A DNA stretch of 53,707 nt from an uncultured Syntrophobacter sp. (GTDB taxonomy: Bacteria; Desulfobacterota; Binatia; UBA9968), in NCBI GenBank assembly GCA_964478485.1, contig CAYZJE010000095.1, positions 1-53,707 on the forward strand, in the 5' to 3' direction. The notes under the pieces were generated by a model that saw only the letters and a program-made list of their open reading frames with translations, was not told the origin of the DNA and made no database searches. A program made the translations under genes and the position numbers. Shown piece by piece: positions 46,958 through 53,346 of this stretch (positions are counted from its first letter, which is position 1; each line of letters opens with the position of its first letter).

Positions 46958-47296
46958 TTAGCGAATCAATGTCGTGGATGTCGAATTACTCACGGATCGG
47001 GATTGCCAGCAGCACAACAAAACAAACTGCACCGGCGGCGGCCTGAATCCCGCAAACAATTCCACCCGCTGGCCCCAGAATAGGCACCTCGTCGCGCGCG
47101 ACGCAGACGGCAATGACCGCAGCTCATAAGCCGGAGCCGTTACAACGACGACATCCGTGAATAGACTTCTGACGATGCGGACAATATGCGTGATCAGCGG
47201 TTCACCAGCAGAGCCGAGCAGAAATTTTGGCGTGCCCATGCGCTAACTCTTGCCGCCGGCGAGAATGGTCGCAGAAGCGTTCGCGAAAGTCGCCAT
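46958..47296 (-). pseudogene. Decayed MobA-like nucleotidyltransferase gene (nonsense + frameshift + 3-prime truncation)
   Basis: From ATG 47296: MATFANASATILAGGKS-TAG(47243-47245)-RMGTPKFLLGSAGEPLITHIV..DVVVVTAPAYELR. The family-like continuation VARDEVPILGPAGGIVCGIQ is in another frame (47123 down to stop 46986-46988). The distal half of the fold is absent. Confidence 0.7.
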
Positions 47297-47352
47297 GGAC
47301 GCAAGAGATTTATTGCGCACAGGCTCGATGCGCCGGAAGCTTTTGAGAATGA

Positions 47353-47676
47353 CTATTCTTTCTCGGCTTGCCGCGCCGTGCAGTCACTGCATGGACAGAG
47401 CGAGCGTAAGTATTCGAAGGAGTAGATCCCCGTGCTGTGGCCGTCTTGCCAGAGCAGTTCAATGGCGTAATTGCCCACTCCTCGCATCCCGGTGAGGACC
47501 GCTCCAGGTACGGCGATAAAGCGCCGTTGCGTCCCATGGCCTTGGCACATCGCGCAAGGGCAATAACCGCGCAAATATTCCTGCTCGTACTCGCCCACAT
47601 GGCCATCGTCCCAGGTAATGCGTACCGCGCCGCGCGATTTAATATGGTTGATTTCGGTGGGAACCGCGACTGCCAT
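47353..47676 (-). CDS. DUF971-family protein (gamma-butyrobetaine hydroxylase-like N-terminal domain)
   Basis: 107 aa; pattern VRITWDDGHVGEYEQEYLRGYCPCAMC ... GNYAIELLWQDGHSTGIYSFEYLRSLCPC as I recall for DUF971. No search run. Confidence 0.75.
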   Translation of the reverse strand: MAVAVPTEINHIKSRGAVRITWDDGHVGEYEQEYLRGYCPCAMCQGHGTQRRFIAVPGAVLTGMRGVGNYAIELLWQDGHSTGIYSFEYLRSLCPCSDCTARQAEKE

Positions 47677-47684
47677 GGGAATGA

Positions 47685-48209
47685 TTAGAATTCAACCAAG
47701 CCGTCACCAATGGCGGTCATAAAACCGAGCCGGTTACGGTTAACTAAATAGGTTCGCGGAGCGATATCTTGGCGATCTAACAAGATGGCATCGGTAACCG
47801 GAATAAATTGGCTCTTGTCCACCAACAAATCGTGCAACGCGGCGCCAGAAAGAAGGTGAATATTGCCGCGCAACAGATAAGGCCCCACGCTAAACAGTGC
47901 CTTGCTCGACTCTTTTTGAACGTAAAAGCTTTCCATACCGGTGCGCTGGGTTTGACTGGTCGGACTCAGATCCGCGATCAAGTAAACTTCCCGCATGTAG
48001 ATTAAATATTCATCCGAAGCCACCGCGATTGACTTACGGTCGGCGCTCTCGAGCGTCGCTTCTTTGAGCGAAAAAACCTCTTCGCCTTCCCGCAAGACCA
48101 GATAGTTGCTCAAACGGCTTTGGTTGGTCACCAACACGCCACGTACCACAGCGCCATGAAGGTAAACCTCCAACGGCATGCTAAAAGTCAGACCCCGATC
48201 AAGCATCAT
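47685..48209 (-). CDS. Hypothetical protein with internal tandem duplication (possible Sm-like repeats)
   Basis: 174-aa ORF, ATG start, 8 nt upstream of the DUF971 gene. Two halves align: VVRGVLVTNQSRLSNYLV..VFSLKEATL..YLIYMREV versus LLRGNIHLLSGAALHDLLV..FIPVTDAIL..YLVNRNRL. I do not recognise a family. Confidence 0.6.
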   Translation of the reverse strand: MMLDRGLTFSMPLEVYLHGAVVRGVLVTNQSRLSNYLVLREGEEVFSLKEATLESADRKSIAVASDEYLIYMREVYLIADLSPTSQTQRTGMESFYVQKESSKALFSVGPYLLRGNIHLLSGAALHDLLVDKSQFIPVTDAILLDRQDIAPRTYLVNRNRLGFMTAIGDGLVEF

Positions 48210-48368
48210 CCAAAATCCCCGTCATCGATTCGCCCGCGCACTAATTCATCTCTTGGGCACCAGGCAATTATGGCACCGCGAAGTACCCTTAACAATAGAG
48301 AGTCTCGCCAGTGCCGCGCGGCGTTAGCGATGGAGGCAGGTCAATTTAGAGCGGAGCTTGGGAAAATT

Positions 48369-48444
<76 letters not shown>

Positions 48445-48467
48445 ATGTTCTCGTTTCACTCGAAATT

Positions 48468-48514
48468 TCAAATCTCAGATTCCAAATCCCAGATATTTGA
48501 AATCTGAAATTTGA
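48468..48514 (-). other. AU-rich 13-bp hairpin in the tRNA-His / tRNA-Lys spacer
   Basis: Minus-sense UCAAAUUUCAGAU (48502-48514) pairs with AUCUGAGAUUUGA (48468-48480) with one G-U; the same position is a C-A mismatch on the + strand. The 21-nt loop can add CAAAU/AUUUG. Confidence 0.7.
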
Positions 48515-48535
48515 GATCTGTCATCCCGAAGGGGA

Positions 48536-48613
48536 TGGGGTGAGTGAAGGGACTTGAACCCTCAACCCCTGGAACCACAATCCAGTGCTCTAACCAATTG
48601 AGCTACACTCACC
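48536..48613 (-). tRNA. tRNA-His (anticodon GTG) with encoded G-1
   Basis: G-GTGAGTG-TA-GCTC..GAGC-A-CTGGA-TTGTGGT-TCCAG-GGGTT-GAGGG-TTCAAGT-CCCTT-CACTCAC-C-CCA. Confidence 0.92.
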
Positions 48614-48680
48614 GCAATAGCCCCGCCTCAAACCACTCCAGTAAGCAGTAGGCGGGGATCAGCCGCTTACCCCTACACGT

Positions 48681-48725
48681 CCTTACTGCTTGCTGCGCGC
48701 TGCTTACTGCTCACTTCTTCAATGC
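48681..48725 (-). repeat. 3-prime trailer of tRNA-Arg, paralogous to the tRNA-Pro trailer
   Basis: Minus-sense GAAGAAGTGAGCAGTAAGCAGCGCGCAGCAAGCAGTAAGG, made of about 14-nt units (GTGAGCAGTAAGCA / GCGCGCAGCAAGCA). About 27 of 31 core positions are identical to 48860-48890 by hand alignment. Confidence 0.75.
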
Positions 48726-48802
48726 TGGCGCGCCAGAAGGGATTCGAACCCCTGACCTACGGCTTAGAAGGCCGTTGCTCTATCCAGCTGAGCTACTGGC
48801 GC
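48726..48802 (-). tRNA. tRNA-Arg (anticodon TCT)
   Basis: GCGCCAG-TA-GCTC..GAGC-A-ACGGC-CTTCTAA-GCCGT-AGGTC-AGGGG-TTCGAAT-CCCTT-CTGGCGC-G-CCA. Confidence 0.93.
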
Positions 48803-48816
48803 AACAAAAGCAAGCG

Positions 48817-48879
48817 GTGAGCAGAAAACAGTAAACGGTCTACCCCGCCACCTTCGACCGCTCACTGCTTACTGCCCAC
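48817..48879 (-). other. Long strand-specific hairpin in the tRNA-Pro / tRNA-Arg spacer
   Basis: Minus-sense GUGGGCAGUAAGCAGUGAGCGGUC (48856-48879) pairs with GACCGUUUACUGUUUUCUGCUCAC (48817-48840). 23 of 24 positions pair, 4 of them G-U; 15-nt loop GAAGGUGGCGGGGUA. Confidence 0.8.
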
Positions 48880-48900
48880 TGATTACTGCTCACTATCTTT
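48856..48900 (-). repeat. 3-prime trailer of tRNA-Pro, paralogous to the tRNA-Arg trailer
   Basis: Minus-sense AAAAGATAGTGAGCAGTAATCAGTGGGCAGTAAGCAGTGAGCGGTC; units GTGAGCAGTAATCA / GTGGGCAGTAAGCA / GTGAGCGGTCGAAG. Confidence 0.75.
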
Positions 48901-48977
48901 TGGTCGGGGCGAGAAGATTTGAACTTCCGACCCCCTGCGCCCAAGGCAGGTGCGCTACCAGGCTGCGCTACGCCCCG
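48901..48977 (-). tRNA. tRNA-Pro (anticodon TGG)
   Basis: CGGGGCG-TA-GCGC..GCGC-A-CCTGC-CTTGGGC-GCAGG-GGGTC-GGAAG-TTCAAAT-CTTCT-CGCCCCG-A-CCA. Confidence 0.93.
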
Positions 48978-48996
48978 TTAAAATTAACCAGCGGCC

Positions 48997-49024
48997 ATTC
49001 TACACAGGGGCGTCGTGAAATCAA
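48997..49024 (-). promoter_or_regulatory. Candidate promoter of the tRNA-Pro/Arg/His/Lys operon
   Basis: Minus-sense TTGATT (49019-49024, overlapping the rdgB stop), 16-nt spacer, TAGAAT (48997-49002). tRNA-Pro begins 19 nt after the -10. Confidence 0.4.
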
Positions 49025-49653
49025 GGTTGAGGCGGCAATTGGACAGCGCATTCAACCCACGTCGGCAACATCGCGGCGAGTTTCTTGAGCGCCTTGCCGC
49101 GATGACTCACGGTCGCTTTGGTCTCGCGATCGATTTCGCCGAAGGTTTTGCCGAACGGCGGATAGAAAAACAACGGATCGTAGCCGAAACCGTTGAAACC
49201 TTTGAGTGCAAAGGCGATGCGTCCTTCGCAGGATTCGCGCACAGTCGATTCTCTCAAGCCGCCGGCATCGGCCGCGCACAGTGCCAAGGCGCAAACGAAT
49301 CGGCCGGTGCGTTTTTCTTCCGGGACGTTGGCTAATTCGCGCAGCAGCTTTTCATTGTTGGCGTCGTCGTTGTCCTCTGCGCCGCAATAGCGCGCGGATA
49401 AGATGCCCGGTGCGCCGCCAAGCGCATCGACTTCGATACCGGAGTCATCCGCCAAGGTCAGCAAGCCGGAAAACTGCGCGAGTGTGCGCGCCTTTTTGAG
49501 CGCGTTCGCTTCGAACGTGTCGCCATCTTCGACGACCGCCGGCGGGTTGGTAAGATCTCGCAGCGAAACAATTCGCAGCGGCAGGCCTTTGAGGAAAGCT
49601 TGAACCTCGGCGAACTTACCTTGATTAGTTGTGCCAACGAGCAGATCGATCAC
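49021..49653 (-). CDS. rdgB: Non-canonical purine NTP pyrophosphatase (RdgB/HAM1 family, dITP/XTP)
   Basis: (M)IDLLVGTTNQGKFAEV ... DDSGIEVDALGGAPG ... FGYDPLF ... SHRGKA; GTG start. Follows rph as in many bacteria. Confidence 0.9.
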   Translation of the reverse strand: MIDLLVGTTNQGKFAEVQAFLKGLPLRIVSLRDLTNPPAVVEDGDTFEANALKKARTLAQFSGLLTLADDSGIEVDALGGAPGILSARYCGAEDNDDANNEKLLRELANVPEEKRTGRFVCALALCAADAGGLRESTVRESCEGRIAFALKGFNGFGYDPLFFYPPFGKTFGEIDRETKATVSHRGKALKKLAAMLPTWVECAVQLPPQP

Positions 49654-49695
49654 GAAAAGGACTTTTTGCGTTTTTTGCGGCCAATTAATCTTCTC

Positions 49696-50418
49696 TTAAG
49701 CGAGGCCCGCGATCACTTTCTTTTGCGCCTTCATCAGCTCCTTGATCCCCTCTTGGGCGATCTCGGCCATGCGTTCCATTTGCTTACGCGTGAACGGCGC
49801 GTGCTCGGCAGTGCCTTGGACTTCGATGAATTTTCCCGAACCGGTCATGACAAAGTTCATGTCCACGTCGGCTTTGCTGTCTTCTTCGTAACATAAATCC
49901 AAAAAAATTTTCCCGTCAATAATACCGATACTCACGGCCGCGACCGCTTCCTTAAGTGGATCAATATTCACAATGCCGCGATCGAGCCAGCCGCGCGCGG
50001 CCTCGGCGAGCGCAATATAGGCGCCGGTGATCGACGCCGTGCGCGTACCACCGTCGGCTTGGATCACGTCGCAGTCGATCCAAATCGTCCGCTCGCCCAA
50101 ACTTTTCAAATCGGCGATGGCGCGCAAGCTGCGGCCGATCAGCCGTTGAATCTCGTGGGTCCGACCGCCGACCTTGCCGCGCGACGACTCGCGGCCGATG
50201 CGCTCGTGCGACGAGCCGGGCAGCATACCGTACTCCGCGGTGATCCACCCCCTGCCGCTGTTACGCAGAAACGGCGGCACCCGCTCTTCGAGCTTAGCCG
50301 TACAAATGACTCGGGTATCGCCCATTTCAATTAAAACCGAACCATCCGCAGTTTTGATATAACTCGGTGTAATCTTCAAAGCTCTCAGTTCGTTAGCTTT
50401 TCGTCCGTCAGTTCTCAT
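49696..50418 (-). CDS. rph: Ribonuclease PH
   Basis: 240 aa; [12 protein letters not shown] ... [23 protein letters not shown] is canonical RNase PH. Confidence 0.96.
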   Translation of the reverse strand: MRTDGRKANELRALKITPSYIKTADGSVLIEMGDTRVICTAKLEERVPPFLRNSGRGWITAEYGMLPGSSHERIGRESSRGKVGGRTHEIQRLIGRSLRAIADLKSLGERTIWIDCDVIQADGGTRTASITGAYIALAEAARGWLDRGIVNIDPLKEAVAAVSIGIIDGKIFLDLCYEEDSKADVDMNFVMTGSGKFIEVQGTAEHAPFTRKQMERMAEIAQEGIKELMKAQKKVIAGLA

Positions 50419-50453
50419 TCCTCATCCAATCTAGAATCTTTTAATTTTCCGAA

Positions 50454-50525
50454 CAGGGCGGGTTTCAAACCCGCCCCTACGAATCTCATTTCTTTTTTGC
50501 GAACTTTGCGTTCTTTGCGGCCAAT
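50454..50525 (+). repeat. Composite intergenic repeat, copy 2: perfect GC hairpin plus 3 x TTTGCGNNC plus AAT
   Basis: GGGCGGG (50456-50462) / CCCGCCC (50470-50476). Then TTTGCGAAC (50496-50504), TTTGCGTTC (50505-50513), TTTGCGGCC (50514-50522), AAT. Same orientation as copy 1. Confidence 0.85.
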
Positions 50526-50533
50526 TCCTGAAA

Positions 50534-51952
50534 TCAGCTATTCAAATGAAACACCACCATTTTCAATTCCGTCATTTCATTGACCGCATACTTCGGCCCT
50601 TCCTTGCCAAAGCCGGAGTCTTTCAAACCGCCGTAGGGCATAAGATCAACACGCCACTGCGATCCCCAGTTGACGTGCAGGTTGCCAGCCTCCGCCTCCC
50701 GGGCGAAGCGCATCGCCCATTCGATGTTGTCAGTGAAAATGCCCGCAGCCAAACCGTAAACGCTGTCATTCGCCAAGGCGATCGCTTCTTCGATGGTATC
50801 GAACGGCGTCAGCGCCAGTGCCGGTCCGAATAGCTCATCGCGCGAGATGCGCATGTCCGGATGCACATCCGCCACCAGCGCCGGCAAATAAATCGCGCCT
50901 CGCCGGCCGCCGCCGGCGACCAACTTCGCGCCGCCGCTCACCGCTTCGTTGATCCACGCATCGACGCGCACCGCCTCGCTCTCTTTGACCATCGGCCCGA
51001 CTTTATTTTTCTCGTCGAGCTGATTGCCGGCGGTCAGCGCTTCGACCTTGGGCTTTAACGCGGCGAGCAGATCGCCGTAAATTTTTTTCGACGCCAATAC
51101 GCGCTGTGTCGAGATACAAGTTTGGCCGGCATTGCCATATCCGGTCATCGCCAAGACGGTCGCGACTTTTTCCATGTCGGCGTCAGGCATGACGATCACC
51201 GGGCTGTTGGAGCCGAGCTCCATGGTGACTTTTTTTATGCCGGCGGTACGACAAATACGCTCGCCGATTTCCCGGCTGCCAGTAAACGTCACCTTGCGCA
51301 CTCTGCGATCGGCCACCAGCGCATCGCCAATCTCGCCGCCCGAGCCGGTGAGACATTGAATCCCTTCCGGCGGCAAGCCCGCTTCGAGCAAGATCTCTGT
51401 CAATTTAATCGCCGACAACGGCGTGTCGGACGCCGGTTTAATAATGACGGTATTGCCCGCCGCCAGCGCCGGCCCGACTTTGTGGCAGACGAGATTTAAT
51501 GGAAAATTAAACGGCGCGATCGCCGCCACCACACCGCACGGCACGCGCAAGGTAAAGCCCAGCTTCTTGCTGCCGGTGGGATCGGCATCCAGCGGCACGG
51601 TCTCGCCGTGCAACCGCTTGGCCTCCTCGGCTGAACCCATCATCGTCTCCACTGCCCGGCTCGCCTCGCCGCGCCCTTCGGCGATGATCTTACCCTCCTC
51701 TTTGGAAATAATCTGGCCCAACTCCTCGTTCCGCACCGCCATCATGTCCGCCGCTTTGCGGAGTATCCTCCAGCGCTCGTAACTCGACAGCTTCGCCATC
51801 ACCTTGGCGCCACGCTCGGCAAAAGCCAACGCCTTCTCCAAGTCTCCCGCATCGGCCTTAGGCACGGCGTCGATCACCGAATTATCGAACGGGTTGGTGA
51901 CTTCAATCTTTCTCGGCTTATCGACCCATTGACCAGCAACAAAATTCTTCAC
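50534..51952 (-). CDS. NAD(P)-dependent aldehyde dehydrogenase (ALDH superfamily; lactaldehyde-DH / GapN-like subgroup by resemblance)
   Basis: 472 aa; APFNFPLNL, catalytic region ELGSNSP and GQTCISTQRVL, C-terminal PYGGLKDSGFGKEG. GTG start with GGAGG SD. Substrate not assignable from sequence. Confidence 0.85.
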   Translation of the reverse strand: MKNFVAGQWVDKPRKIEVTNPFDNSVIDAVPKADAGDLEKALAFAERGAKVMAKLSSYERWRILRKAADMMAVRNEELGQIISKEEGKIIAEGRGEASRAVETMMGSAEEAKRLHGETVPLDADPTGSKKLGFTLRVPCGVVAAIAPFNFPLNLVCHKVGPALAAGNTVIIKPASDTPLSAIKLTEILLEAGLPPEGIQCLTGSGGEIGDALVADRRVRKVTFTGSREIGERICRTAGIKKVTMELGSNSPVIVMPDADMEKVATVLAMTGYGNAGQTCISTQRVLASKKIYGDLLAALKPKVEALTAGNQLDEKNKVGPMVKESEAVRVDAWINEAVSGGAKLVAGGGRRGAIYLPALVADVHPDMRISRDELFGPALALTPFDTIEEAIALANDSVYGLAAGIFTDNIEWAMRFAREAEAGNLHVNWGSQWRVDLMPYGGLKDSGFGKEGPKYAVNEMTELKMVVFHLNS

Positions 51953-52067
51953 AAGTCAAACCTCCGGTTTGAATTCCAGATTTCATATTCCAAATCTCAA
52001 AGTTTGCGTTTTTAATTTTGCATTTCCTCTTCGCCATTCTCTATCTTCCATCGTCGATCCTCGGCCC

Positions 52068-53039
52068 TCATTCACCTGCCTCCGGCGTTTTGCGATAAAA
52101 ACTCCTACCGTAAGCGCGATGAAACGCCGTCCACTTCGACCCCGGTTCTTTCTCCGGCATATTTTGAATCGCCTGTATCTTGCCGTCCAAGTCGTCCAGG
52201 GAATGCAAGATAACGGCTTCCAGCGTCTGCGGCAACTTGGGTGAGCCGAACTCGTAGGCGCCGTGATGGCTAACCAACATATGTTTGATCAACAGCCCCA
52301 ATTCCGCCGGAAACTCCGGAATCATGTCGATTTTCTTGCTCACCATTTCGACTTCCATGACAAGATGGCCAAGCAGTTGGCCGGCGTCGGTATAGTCAAA
52401 GGCGCGATCGAAAGAAAACTCGTATACCTTGCCGATGTCGTGCAGAAAGCCGCCGATCAAAAGCAAATCGACATCGACGCCGGGATAATTCTCGACGACT
52501 TTGACAATCAGCTTCAGCACCGACAGCGTGTGTTCCAACAAGCCGCTTAGATAAGGATGATGAATCGTCTTGGCGCCCGGCGCCTGCTTCAATAGCCGTA
52601 CCAATTCTTCATCGGCGAAGCATGCTTCGGCAAGCGCCAACAGATTTGGGTTCTTCATGGCGCGAAGGATCGCTTGTAGCTCGGCCAACATCGTTTCAGG
52701 ATCGTTGGCGCTCTTGGGCAAAAAATCTTCGGCGGCAACTTTCGATTCGTCGACGCGGATGACGTCTTGCACGCGGATCTGAATTTTGCCCTGGAACAAC
52801 GTCGCCTGGCCGCGCACGCGCACGAAATCGTTTTTGCTAAAGCCGCGCGCCAGATCGTCGGCCCGCTCCCACACCCGCGCTTCGATTTCGCCGCTGCGAT
52901 CGAGCAGCTTGAGGGTCAGGTAACTACTGCCCCCTTTGGTCATGCCTTGGGTTTTCGCCGCGACCAGAAACATTGCATCGACCAATTGATTCTCGCGAAT
53001 ATCGGCAGCGTAGAGAGATTTCATCTGAAGACCCTCCAT
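52068..53039 (-). CDS. OB-fold plus HD-domain phosphohydrolase, YhaM-like 3-prime-5-prime exoribonuclease family
   Basis: N-terminal OB fold (SSYLTLKLLDRSGEIEARVWE ... VRVRGQATLFQGKIQIRV) then HD domain (HHPYLSGLLEHTLSV ... GGFLHDIGK ... SHHG). Start ATG 53039 or 53024. Confidence 0.75.
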   Translation of the reverse strand: MEGLQMKSLYAADIRENQLVDAMFLVAAKTQGMTKGGSSYLTLKLLDRSGEIEARVWERADDLARGFSKNDFVRVRGQATLFQGKIQIRVQDVIRVDESKVAAEDFLPKSANDPETMLAELQAILRAMKNPNLLALAEACFADEELVRLLKQAPGAKTIHHPYLSGLLEHTLSVLKLIVKVVENYPGVDVDLLLIGGFLHDIGKVYEFSFDRAFDYTDAGQLLGHLVMEVEMVSKKIDMIPEFPAELGLLIKHMLVSHHGAYEFGSPKLPQTLEAVILHSLDDLDGKIQAIQNMPEKEPGSKWTAFHRAYGRSFYRKTPEAGE

Positions 53040-53042
53040 TTG

Positions 53043-53342
53043 TCACCTGAGCCAATGAGCCAAATCGAAAAGCGTTTGTACCAAGAAGCGCTGTAGAAAC
53101 ATGACGGCAAGCCAAACGGCGATCGGCGACAGATCGTAGCCGCCGTAAACCATCGGCCATCTGCGGCGCACCTGATCGAGCACCGGGTCGGTGGCGCCGT
53201 AGAGAAACCGCACCACGGGAATCGTCGTATCGGCCTTGGTGAACGAGACCACGATCCGCGCGATGATGATCCAGAAGCACGCCCACAGGACGTAGTTGAG
53301 CACCTGGGCGACCGCGAACAACAGATTGGCGAAGATAAACAT
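53043..53342 (-). CDS. yggT: YggT-family membrane protein
   Basis: About 99 aa from ATG 53342 (MFIFANLLFAVAQVLNYVLW). YggT-like LYGATDPVLDQVRRRWPMVYGGYDLSPIAVWL. The track ORF starts at an upstream TTG that overlaps yggS. Confidence 0.8.
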   Translation of the reverse strand: MFIFANLLFAVAQVLNYVLWACFWIIIARIVVSFTKADTTIPVVRFLYGATDPVLDQVRRRWPMVYGGYDLSPIAVWLAVMFLQRFLVQTLFDLAHWLR

Positions 53343-53346
53343 ATTT

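Noticed and set aside
47243-47245. In-frame TAG in the MobA-like gene as programmed recoding (e.g. pyrrolysine or read-through)
   Set aside because: The same gene also has a frameshift and lacks its distal half, and nothing Pyl-related is nearby. Simple decay (or sequence error) is the economical explanation.
46865-48368. Searched the non-core stretches (2224-4167, 36000-37075, 46640-48368, 50419-53042) for defence, toxin-antitoxin, integrase, transposase or phage signatures
   Set aside because: No candidate ORFs or motif patterns of these kinds are present. The window does not appear to encode a multi-gene accessory system.
52003-52030. Possible degenerate third copy of the TTTGCG element (TTTGCGTTTTTAATTTTGCATTTCC)
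   Set aside because: Only one TTTGCGTT word and a loose AATTCC/ATTTCC tail match. There is no hairpin and no triple phasing. Too weak to claim without a genome-wide alignment.
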